64,000 bases of DNA. It comes from Thermoprotei archaeon (GTDB lineage: Archaea; Thermoproteota; Thermoprotei; Thermoproteales; B15-G16). The first letter of the stretch is position 1, and every line of letters starts with the position of its first letter. The notes beneath the pieces were generated by a model, which saw only the letters and a program-made list of their open reading frames with translations, did no database searches and was not told where the DNA came from. The translations under genes and the position numbers were made by a program. Positions 18,400 to 27,055 of this stretch are shown here, piece after piece. The stretch is taken from the NCBI GenBank assembly GCA_003649205.1, contig QMRC01000001.1, positions 160,001 to 224,000 on the forward strand, given 5' to 3'.

Positions 18400-20157
18400 T
18401 TACACCAGTAACTTTACACCGAAGTCCCTGAGCAACCTAGTAACAACCTCTCTAACCTCCTCCGGAGTAGAAGCTTCATCAATAAGCTCATCAATTATCG
18501 GCTTTATCTTTGAAACATTGAGTTTTCTAATCACGTACTTAGTCCTACCAACAAAGCTTGGTGATACACTGAGCTTCCTAATACCAATGGATATCAGTAT
18601 AGGTATGGCATAGACATTACTAGTCATCTCACCGCAGATCTCAACATCTAGGCCACACCTCCTAGCTCTCTCAACAACATCCCTAATTAACCTTAGAACA
18701 GCAGGATGAAGTTCACTATAGAGATGAGCTACGCGAGGATTCTCTCTATCTACAGCAAGAACGTATTGCGTCAAGTCATTTGTACCCAAGCTTATAAACT
18801 CTATTGGTCCTGCTTTAACGAACCTATCAAGTAAGATGGCAGCAGCAGGTGTTTCAACCATTATACCGAGCTTTGGTCTCGAATATCTCACACCTTTCTC
18901 TCGAAGTTCATTCTCAACCTCTTCCACGATCTTCATAAACTCCTTAACCTCGATAGGACTTGAAACGAGAGGTAACATAATCCGTAATTTATCACCAACC
19001 CTAGCTGCGAGACGTAGAGTAGCTTCAATAAATGGCTTCAGCAACTCGTCCCTGTACTGAAGCAGAAGCCTAATACCACGAAGGCCAAGTTGAGGATTCG
19101 ATTCAGGTGTTAACTGTAGGAACTTCACAGGTTTATCAGCACCAATATCAAGTGCACGAACTGTTACCTCTCCATCAACTGAGTTCACTATCTCCTCAAG
19201 TACCTTCTCAATATCTTCAGCAGTTGGGGGAGAAGATCTACCCATGTAGACGAACTCCAGACGAAGTATACCAATACCTTCACCACCGTAAGACTTAAGC
19301 ACCTTTGCCTCCTCAATAGAACCTACATTACAGAGGACATGGACTCTAATACCATCTCTAGTCACAGCTTCTTTAAGTGCTTCCTCCCTACATACCCTAC
19401 TCAATTCTCTATACATCGCAATTACGTCACGATACCTCTCAAGAGTACTCTCTCTCGGATTAATTATCAAGACACCATTTATGCAGTCAAGGATACATGT
19501 ATAACCGTCACTCAATGTAGATACGTCGAGATCACTAACTATCAGGTACGGTATTCCATAGCTCCTAGCTAGTATAGCTACATGCGATGTTAAACCACCT
19601 TCTCTTGAGACAATACCACTGATACCACATCGAATTAGGTTCATAAAGTCTAGTGGTAGTATCTTATCAGCAACAACAACCTTACCCCTCAGAAGCTTTA
19701 CTTCCTTCTCGTAGACCCCCATCAAAATACCTATCAACCTTGTAGCTAGATCCTCCAAATCGTGAACTCTAAGAGCAATAGTAGAGCTGCTAGCCTCCTT
19801 AAGCTGTTTAGCATATCTTTCAAATACATTCTTCACAGCTACCTCAGCCCTAATTCCTTCAGAGAGTATAAGCTCGGTAGCTTCAGCTACTAACGCTTCT
19901 AACATCATGACCTCAGCATCAAGTAGATCCTTTTCCTCCTCTGGTGCAGACTCCTTAAGCTTCTCAAGCTCCTCCATTAACCTCTTCTTCGCTCTCTCAA
20001 GTCTATCTACCTCAGCATTCACATCACGAACCTTCTCACTCTCAATAGCACCCTCCAAGACTACTTTCCGTTTAAGAACAGCAATAGCACTGTACGTCAA
20101 ACCTGGTGAAGCTACTAATCCCCTATAGATCCTCTCCACATCAACACCTCCAAACAC
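18400..20157 (-). CDS. ptsI: PTS enzyme I (PEP-protein phosphotransferase)
   Basis: GGLTSHVAILAR (phospho-His), RALDIGADK, ESNPQLGLRGIR, GIMVETP, SLGTNDLTQY, ICGE. Confidence 0.95.
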   Translation of the reverse strand: MFGGVDVERIYRGLVASPGLTYSAIAVLKRKVVLEGAIESEKVRDVNAEVDRLERAKKRLMEELEKLKESAPEEEKDLLDAEVMMLEALVAEATELILSEGIRAEVAVKNVFERYAKQLKEASSSTIALRVHDLEDLATRLIGILMGVYEKEVKLLRGKVVVADKILPLDFMNLIRCGISGIVSREGGLTSHVAILARSYGIPYLIVSDLDVSTLSDGYTCILDCINGVLIINPRESTLERYRDVIAMYRELSRVCREEALKEAVTRDGIRVHVLCNVGSIEEAKVLKSYGGEGIGILRLEFVYMGRSSPPTAEDIEKVLEEIVNSVDGEVTVRALDIGADKPVKFLQLTPESNPQLGLRGIRLLLQYRDELLKPFIEATLRLAARVGDKLRIMLPLVSSPIEVKEFMKIVEEVENELREKGVRYSRPKLGIMVETPAAAILLDRFVKAGPIEFISLGTNDLTQYVLAVDRENPRVAHLYSELHPAVLRLIRDVVERARRCGLDVEICGEMTSNVYAIPILISIGIRKLSVSPSFVGRTKYVIRKLNVSKIKPIIDELIDEASTPEEVREVVTRLLRDFGVKLLV

Positions 20158-20280
20158 TGGAATTACAATTGAGGTGGAGAACTCAGCGTCTCAATCATGA
20201 GACAGTTACTCGAGTTAAAGTACTTATTTATATTCACTTACACTTAACACCTCTCTGAAGTGTAGACAAGGTGTTGAGTC

Positions 20281-20709
20281 ATGACCGGCGTAGTAATTGT
20301 ATCACATGGTAGGTTTGTTGATGGGATACTCGACTCTGTAAGGATGCTCCTAGGCTCTGATGTACTGAATAAGGTCACTAGCGTCGTATTGACTGAAATG
20401 GATTCTGTTGAAGGGCTTGTACAGAGAGTTAAGGAAGCTATTGAGAAGGTAAGAGATGAAAATGGAGTACTTGTATTAGTTGATCTCTTTGGTGGTACAC
20501 CATCGAGAGCAGCTGCCATGATAGTTATTGAGAACCCTAATGTTGAGGTAGTAGCTGGACTCAACTTACCAATGCTACTACAAGTCCTTCTAAATCTAGA
20601 TAAACCTGCTAATGAACTTGCAAAGCTAGCTGTTGAAGCAGGTAGGGAAGGGATAATACATGTAAGCGAGAGAATTAGGGAACAAGTACTGAAGACTAAG
20701 GAGCAGTAA
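20281..20709 (+). CDS. PTS mannose-family EIIA
   Basis: IVSHG, LVDLFGGTP, GLNLPML. Confidence 0.93.
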   Translation: MTGVVIVSHGRFVDGILDSVRMLLGSDVLNKVTSVVLTEMDSVEGLVQRVKEAIEKVRDENGVLVLVDLFGGTPSRAAAMIVIENPNVEVVAGLNLPMLLQVLLNLDKPANELAKLAVEAGREGIIHVSERIREQVLKTKEQ

Positions 20710-20721
20710 CCCACTAGGTAT

Positions 20722-21225
20722 CTAGGCCTTGACCAGACCTTTACTCTTTAGTAGCTCATAGAAGTCCTGAGCTTTTTCACTGGGAAGCATCTGGTACACT
20801 AATCTAATACCCATCCTCACCATCTCTTCAAAAGCCTTGACATCATCCATATCAACAGCAAAGCTCTTAACAACGAGAACCTTACCCTCTTTCCAAGCAC
20901 TTTGCCCAACATTAACCCAATCTATACGTAGATTACTCTCTTTAATTAGCTTCAGACAGGTAGTTGCTTTAGCTACAATTATCATTATATTGCTCCTCTC
21001 GTCAAAATTTCGGTTTCGAATCTTCTCAATAGCTTCACTGACCTTTAGCACCTCAACCTTCGTATTTGGTGGTGCGAGTGCAATCTGAAGCTGCTTCAGT
21101 ATAGGGTTTGAAGCTATAGTATCGTCAACGACCCAAATCTCATTTATGCCATATGCATTGACCCAACCAACAGTAACCTGACCGTGGATGTACCTATCAT
21201 CTATTCTTATCAACTTAATAGGCAT
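20722..21225 (-). CDS. PTS mannose-family EIIB
   Basis: RIDDRYIHGQV (phospho-His), VNVG. Confidence 0.93.
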   Translation of the reverse strand: MPIKLIRIDDRYIHGQVTVGWVNAYGINEIWVVDDTIASNPILKQLQIALAPPNTKVEVLKVSEAIEKIRNRNFDERSNIMIIVAKATTCLKLIKESNLRIDWVNVGQSAWKEGKVLVVKSFAVDMDDVKAFEEMVRMGIRLVYQMLPSEKAQDFYELLKSKGLVKA

Positions 21226-21327
21226 AGTAACTCAACTCCACGCTCTTTAAAGAGGTAGGAAGCGAGTAGGGGAATTAAAATTTAGGTTAAGTATTAAGGA
21301 AGGAAAAGATAAGGGGTTATAGGTGGC

Positions 21328-23073
21328 TTAGCCAGGTGCTAGGACGCCTATCAGTCCAAGTACGAAACCAATTACGAAGTACAGCCCAAGTACCTTTATC
21401 GGTGAAATACCCTTCTTCATCAATGCAAATGCTCCTAGGAAGAATGCCAGTGGTATTAATCTAGGCATTATCTTATCGATACACTCCTGTATTGATATTG
21501 CTGCACCCTTCATACCAACAATCTGTAATGGTACCTTAACATTTACGTAGGTTACACCTAAAGCAGCAATAACTGCAACTGCTAAAGCGGCTAGTGCTGT
21601 TCTGATAATCTCTATTCTACCTGTCCTTAGTATAGTTGCAATACTTAGGCCATACTTGTAACCGTAGTACAGTAGAAGCCAACCAACGATGAACACAACT
21701 GGTATCCAAAGTACTGCTGCTACAACTGGTCCTACGAAACCTGCAGTCATAGCTAGTGATGCACCTATACCAAAGGCAATTGGTCTCCAGGTGAACCAGA
21801 AAATACCATCACCGAGACCAGCTAGTGGTCCCATGAGTGATGTCTTGATGCCACGAACGGTCTCCATGTCTGCTCCACTCTCTTCTAGTGCAGCGTCTAT
21901 ACCTACGATCAGTGGTATCATAACTGGGTTTGTGTTGAAGAACTCATTGTGCATCTTCATCCAAGTCTTCAATTCATCCGGTGTCTTCCTCAGTTTCTTC
22001 TCTATGTGAGTCATGATGAAAGCGTAAGCTGAACCTTGCATTCTCTCGTAGTTCCAAGCCCATTGTGACGCAAAAGCAATCTTGAGAAATGTCTTCACTA
22101 AGTCCTTCTTAGTGAGAACACGCTGCCCTTCTGTAGGTGTGGCAGTAGTTGGTGCTGCAGCTCTAATAGCCTCCCAAAGTTCTTTGCGCCAAACAAGGAA
22201 TATTAGACCTGCAACCAGTAATGCAACACCTAAGATGGGTAGCTTTAGGTAGGCTATGAGGACGTAACCTAGTATCAACCATGGAAGCATTTCACTAGTG
22301 TAGAGTAGCTTTAGCAACCAACCTAGACCAATAGCAGGCATTAACCAACCTGCGACGCCAAGTGCGGTGAAAATCTTCTTCACTATTGGTGTATTGACGA
22401 AGGTCCTCAACGTCTCCACTGCCTGTGGACTCATGCCCAATGCCGCAAATGCGACAACTGGGATCAGGTACGCTATAAACCACTGGAATGTACCTAGAGC
22501 AACTACTGGTCCAATAGCACTAATATTACCTGAATCAATGAGCCTATCAACTAGGTGTGAGTAACCAACACAACCCATTCTAGCTAAGACAACCTCTATG
22601 TACATAGCTAGTAGACCTATTGGAACTACCAGAGCTACTATGCTAGAGAGAGCTTCTGTCGTAACCTCAGTAATACCTAGGATCTTTGCAAACATCACTG
22701 CTACGATTGTTGCAACCCAAGCACAGGGTGCAGCAGCACCACCAATAGGGAAGACACCTAGGTACACTAGCTCTAACATTGCTGATAGGACGAGAGCGAC
22801 TTCAGGAATACCGAGTATGAATCCAGCGATAGTACCTATGAGGAGTGGTTCAGTGAATCCTAGTGGGTTAAAGCCAAGAAATGTATAGACAATTACTAGC
22901 AGCAATGCAGCAAGGCCAGCTAGCTGCAGTGGTGTGATTACGACACCAGCTTGCGTTGGTGATGGTAGGAATGTATTGAGTCCTAGAACTGGTTTAGCTA
23001 AGGCTAGTGTCAAGAGTATTAGGCAGAGGGTAGAGATGTATAGCTTACCATTAGTACGTATTTGCGCGATCAT
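21328..23073 (-). CDS. PTS mannose-family fused EIIC-EIID permease
   Basis: IIC: EPLLIG..LELVYLG..PIGGAA, MPAIG; IID: WNYERMQ, FFNTNP, KTSLMGPLAGLGD, IDKIMP. Confidence 0.92.
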   Translation of the reverse strand: MIAQIRTNGKLYISTLCLILLTLALAKPVLGLNTFLPSPTQAGVVITPLQLAGLAALLLVIVYTFLGFNPLGFTEPLLIGTIAGFILGIPEVALVLSAMLELVYLGVFPIGGAAAPCAWVATIVAVMFAKILGITEVTTEALSSIVALVVPIGLLAMYIEVVLARMGCVGYSHLVDRLIDSGNISAIGPVVALGTFQWFIAYLIPVVAFAALGMSPQAVETLRTFVNTPIVKKIFTALGVAGWLMPAIGLGWLLKLLYTSEMLPWLILGYVLIAYLKLPILGVALLVAGLIFLVWRKELWEAIRAAAPTTATPTEGQRVLTKKDLVKTFLKIAFASQWAWNYERMQGSAYAFIMTHIEKKLRKTPDELKTWMKMHNEFFNTNPVMIPLIVGIDAALEESGADMETVRGIKTSLMGPLAGLGDGIFWFTWRPIAFGIGASLAMTAGFVGPVVAAVLWIPVVFIVGWLLLYYGYKYGLSIATILRTGRIEIIRTALAALAVAVIAALGVTYVNVKVPLQIVGMKGAAISIQECIDKIMPRLIPLAFFLGAFALMKKGISPIKVLGLYFVIGFVLGLIGVLAPG

Positions 23074-23196
23074 CGGGGGAAAAGTAGTAATATTGACGTT
23101 TTTATAGATTTAATGATACTACCCTGTCAAGTGATGAAATAAATTTAGAGAGATAGGTAACCGTGTAAGTACTTGAGTACTAATTGAGGGGTCAGC

Positions 23197-23475
23197 ATGA
23201 CTGTGGAAGCTAGTTTCAAGATCCTAAATAGGTTAGGTCTACATGCTAGGCCAGCTGCACTATTCGTTAAGACCTGTCGTAAATTTAAGTCGAAGATAGT
23301 GATCTTCAAGGGTGATAGAATGGCGGATGCAAAGAATATACTTCAAGTACTTGCACTTGATGTAAACCAAGGAGATGAGATAAAGGTAGTTATTGAGGGT
23401 GAAGACGAGAAGGAAGCCTATATGGAGATAGAGAATCTTATCAAGAAGGTACTACCTGAGGTAGATAGAGGATAG
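23197..23475 (+). CDS. ptsH: Phosphocarrier protein HPr
   Basis: NRLGLHARPAA (His15), ADAKNIL, GEDEKEA. Confidence 0.93.
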   Translation: MTVEASFKILNRLGLHARPAALFVKTCRKFKSKIVIFKGDRMADAKNILQVLALDVNQGDEIKVVIEGEDEKEAYMEIENLIKKVLPEVDRG

Positions 23476-23514
23476 TGTTCAGTACTTGAAGAGTATTGCA
23501 GACATGAATCATAC

Positions 23515-24798
23515 ATGAATCATAAACGAAATTTAAGTTGGGACAACGTGGATCAGTTAGGTGATTCCCTCTTGAGTCTTTCATTGAGGATAAAAGACAT
23601 CGGTCCTGTATCGGAGTTAAGAGGCGAACTTCCTAGACTAACTGTAGTGTATGGGAGAGTAGGCTCTGGTAAGAGCTACATCTTCAGAATATTGACACTA
23701 CTACACCTAGCTCACCAGCTAGCAGAGCTGTGGGGTTTTAGGAAGGGAGGAAGGGAGGACTATGCTAAGGCATTAGCTAGATTAGTTATGTTGGAGTGTG
23801 GTCATTTTGAAGAGGCTTTCTCTGTTGATCCAGAAGTCTTGAGAACTCAGTACGTACCTCATTTCCTTCTGAAGAGAGGTATGGAGAGAGGTACCTACGA
23901 GGTACTTACTTCAGGTAATTTCCTCGCAAGACTTGAGGTATTAAAGAAAGGTATGGACTTAGAGCTTGGAGATGAGTTTAGTGAGTACGTCATTGTGACC
24001 ATACCACAGGAGAGGAATCCAGTACTGATACAGCGCGATTTAGAGACTTTCTCAGCTCGCTTAAGGAAATTGTATGAGAGGTGGGGAACCAGTATACCAA
24101 TACGTCAGCAGGCTTACCTAGCACTTACCTCTGAACTAATGCGGAGAAGTCCTGTCTACATGCACTACCTCATGAATTTACTAGTTGCTACATCCTTTTT
24201 CCTAGAAGAGCGAGAGGTTGAATGTATTGAGCTTGGTAGAGATCATAGACTCAAGCTACTTGTTCACGACATTGGTGAGGTCCTGATATGTGATGAGTAT
24301 TCAACAGGGTCCAGCTACTATGACCTTGAGACACCACTCGTACTTCCTCAAGGAGCAATTGACTACCTACTACTCACACTACTACTCAAAGCTCTTAGAA
24401 AGGCCGCGAGGGAAGTACGTGGTATCAAGTTTTTCCTCGTAGTTGATGAATTCATGGCACACGCAGATCCATTACTAACGATGAAGGCACTAGACCTGGT
24501 TCTCGAGATACTTTACAGTGAGGAGAGAATAAGCATAGTTCTTGTAACTCACAATCCAGATGTAGTGAGTAGGTTACTGAACATCCTTCAGCATAGTAAG
24601 GAGTTCAGAGAGAGATTACTGAATCAAGTAAAGTTCCTCTACCTCGAGTACTTGTCCGAAAAACAGGGAGTAGTAGGCCAATTCTCAGGATTGAAGTTAG
24701 AGGACAATGTTGTGTTACCCGAAAGAGAAATACCTTGGTTAGAGGAGTATACACGGAAACTCACATCACCTACCGAAATACCGAAGGTACCTAGTTGA
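23515..24798 (+). CDS. ABC-fold (AAA_15/AAA_21-like) ATPase; start possibly TTG near 23572
   Basis: IKDIGPV, YGRVGSGKS, IPQER, VVDEFMAHADP, VTHNP. Confidence 0.8.
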   Translation: MNHKRNLSWDNVDQLGDSLLSLSLRIKDIGPVSELRGELPRLTVVYGRVGSGKSYIFRILTLLHLAHQLAELWGFRKGGREDYAKALARLVMLECGHFEEAFSVDPEVLRTQYVPHFLLKRGMERGTYEVLTSGNFLARLEVLKKGMDLELGDEFSEYVIVTIPQERNPVLIQRDLETFSARLRKLYERWGTSIPIRQQAYLALTSELMRRSPVYMHYLMNLLVATSFFLEEREVECIELGRDHRLKLLVHDIGEVLICDEYSTGSSYYDLETPLVLPQGAIDYLLLTLLLKALRKAAREVRGIKFFLVVDEFMAHADPLLTMKALDLVLEILYSEERISIVLVTHNPDVVSRLLNILQHSKEFRERLLNQVKFLYLEYLSEKQGVVGQFSGLKLEDNVVLPEREIPWLEEYTRKLTSPTEIPKVPS

Positions 24799-24807
24799 GG
24801 TACCTAA

Positions 24808-25239
24808 ATGAGTCTCGTGCTCGATGCATCAGCATTTAAAATACTTGCAAAGCAGAGAAACCTATACGACTTATGTAGGATGTTAAGTGAACTAAGTAGA
24901 AGAGATGGTCGAAGATACATGATTTTGGTACCGAATTCGCTACTTAAGCTATATGAGCGATTAGTTCCAAGGCTTAGATTTGAACCTCGAATATTGAAGA
25001 GAAGCATCCCATTAGCTATTCCAGAAGCTCAGCAGTATCGAAGCAATAGGCTCTTTCAACAGCTTCTACGTGATTTAACTGAATTCTTTAGATCTGAAAA
25101 GCATACTGGTGCTGAGGAAGATGCTGAGTGGCTAGCAACAGCATTGATGTACCACATAGAGTACATAAAGGATGGAGACTTCCTCGTCATAACTCATGGT
25201 GAGTACGAGTATAGACGATTTGCATCAGCAAAAAACTAA
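24808..25239 (+). CDS. PIN-like protein; possible -1 frameshift extension to 25310
   Basis: N-terminal LVLDAS, EEDAEWLATA, LVIT resemble the PIN acidic layout; ends at A AAA AAC TAA. Confidence 0.55.
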   Translation: MSLVLDASAFKILAKQRNLYDLCRMLSELSRRDGRRYMILVPNSLLKLYERLVPRLRFEPRILKRSIPLAIPEAQQYRSNRLFQQLLRDLTEFFRSEKHTGAEEDAEWLATALMYHIEYIKDGDFLVITHGEYEYRRFASAKN

Positions 25240-25846
25240 TCGAGCACAGGATACAGCAACTAGGAGAAGCTCACTGGCAACCATGTTGGTACAAAGTTGA
25301 GCACCTCTAGACCTCAGTAATCAGTACAAGTAAGAGAATTATCAGCATCTAACTTAACTTCAAACCATGTATAGGGTTTCGAGCAATGACCACAAAGCTT
25401 ACACAGCACTCAAGTACCTGTGACATTAGGTATGTAAGTAATCGCTATCTCTCTGAACTTAAGCTCACAAACTCCAGCACAAGCAACTCTCTGAACATTC
25501 TACACCATGCCTATGACAATAATGCACTAGCTACGCGTAAGACCCAGGCACATAATCCTGGGATTTAACCTCTTCACTTCCCTTACTTTACTAACCTCAA
25601 CATGCCTATGTAATTCAGTATCGTTACAGGTAGTAGGACCGTGAGCCTCCAAGTATTCAAGTAGGTATTCAGGGTAATTCCTGTAATTTTTGATTGAGTT
25701 CCCATTAGATAGCAGGTCTCTTCATATAGCTTGTCTGTATCACATACCCAGCATTTAAAGCACCTTGCTAACAGGAGTTGCTTGGCAGGAACTGTCGCCT
25801 CTTAGCAAGCTTGAAGTTAGGAAGTGTGTGTTAGGTGTAGGGGGTT

Positions 25847-25924
25847 TGGCGCCCCGGCCGGGATTTGAACCCGGGTCGGCGGAGTGACAGTCCGCCATAC
25901 TAGACCAGGCTATACGACCGGGGC
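25847..25924 (-). tRNA. tRNA-Asp(GTC)
   Basis: Reverse complement GCCCCGG...GCGGA-CTGTCAC-TCCGC...GTTCAAATC...CCGGGGC-GCCA. Confidence 0.96.
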
Positions 25925-26087
25925 TGTTACGTCGTCTACCATATCTCCCTACTGCGTTTTTATTCGTTACTTCATGAATTCCCTTTACTTTGCTATGTGT
26001 CTTGCTTCATTTCAGCTGCTCAGTTCACGCATTAGTTTGTTTTTGTTTTTCTGTATTTCTTTTGGTGTTCTGTCTCTGTGATGTACC

Positions 26088-26948
26088 TTGTTTTTGGTCA
26101 TTGTTTTGTGTGGTGTTTCGTCCTTGGTTTCTTGTATGGTTGTTCTTGTTGTTGGTTTTGATCCTGGTCTTAAGTCGTATGGTTATGCTGTTGTTTGTCG
26201 TAGGTTTGATGTTGTTTTGAGGTTTTGTGATCTTCTTTGTCGTAGGGGTGTTTCTCCTGTTTTGGTTTGTCGTATTGGTGGTTTTGGTGTTGTTGCTGGT
26301 GCTCTTGAGGTTAGTAACTACGTTGATCCTAGGGATTTCGTTGTTGAGTTCTTGCTGAGGTTTAGGGATTATGTTTCTCGTGGTTCTGATGTTGTTCCTC
26401 ATTATCGTTACTGTGGTTTTAATTGGTTGATTCCTCATTCTCTTCTACATGATTTGGGGATCTACGTTGTATCTCCTTCGAGATTGAATAGGGTTATTAG
26501 GTGTGCTCTATCTACTTGGTTTAGGAAGTACAAGTATTGTCTGAGGTGTGTTCTTGGTCATCTCTTCTGGTCGTTGTCTAGGCTCTATCACTTCTATAGG
26601 TCTAGGGATGTTGTTGAGATTGTTGTTGCTAGTGAGAGTATCAAGTACGTTTATGCTGGTGGTGAGGAGCTGTATACTAGGTATGTGTGGAGGAGCGTTG
26701 CTAGGATAGCGACTGCAATGTTTAGGTACTGTGTAGCTGGATTCAGTAGGACTGTTATTCTCGATAATCGTACTGTTATGCGACTTGTTAAGCGTTGTCC
26801 TCTCTGTTTAACTAGGTTACGTAGGAAGAGAGCTAGGTACCTTAGTTGTCCCAGGTGTGGTGTTATGCTTCATAGAGATGTTGTTGATGCTGTTAATTAT
26901 GGTGTCTACGTTGCTCGTATGCTTTGTGATGAGCGATCGGAGCGCTGA
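26088..26948 (+). CDS. Short TnpB-like protein (RuvC + Zn ribbon only; IS200/IS605 derived)
   Basis: RuvC-I VVGFDPGLK, RuvC-II IVVASES, CPLC...CPRCG zinc finger, RuvC-III HRDVVDAVN; no N-terminal WED/REC region. Confidence 0.75.
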   Translation: MFLVIVLCGVSSLVSCMVVLVVGFDPGLKSYGYAVVCRRFDVVLRFCDLLCRRGVSPVLVCRIGGFGVVAGALEVSNYVDPRDFVVEFLLRFRDYVSRGSDVVPHYRYCGFNWLIPHSLLHDLGIYVVSPSRLNRVIRCALSTWFRKYKYCLRCVLGHLFWSLSRLYHFYRSRDVVEIVVASESIKYVYAGGEELYTRYVWRSVARIATAMFRYCVAGFSRTVILDNRTVMRLVKRCPLCLTRLRRKRARYLSCPRCGVMLHRDVVDAVNYGVYVARMLCDERSER

Positions 26949-27033
26949 GGAGGTGATGATGCATTGCTGACCTAGCTAATTTTCCGCACCCGAGAGGTGC
27001 GGGGGCGATCAGTCCGCCGTCTGAACTCTTTTT
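26926..27033 (+). ncRNA. Putative omegaRNA/right-end RNA carrying box C/D (K-turn) motifs
   Basis: GTGATGA 26926-32, CTGA 26945-48, GTGATGA 26953-59, CTGA 26967-70, hairpin CCGCACC-CGAGA-GGTGCGG 26984-27002, TCAG 27009-12, CTGA 27021-24, then a T-run. Confidence 0.55.
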
Positions 27034-27055
27034 ACTAACTGACTGACTGTGTGTT

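Noticed and set aside
25311-25800. Possible decayed minus-strand gene next to tRNA-Asp, and 60-aa plus-strand ORF
   Set aside because: Multiple stops and no family recognisable with confidence.
23476-25846. Integrated element at tRNA-Asp
   Set aside because: No integrase and no duplicated tRNA 3' end (att) seen; only an 11-bp tandem CATGAATCATA near 23503-23524.
25884-26438. Three low-complexity ORFs (65, 76, 137 aa)
   Set aside because: By-products of compositional skew; they overlap the tRNA or tnpB.
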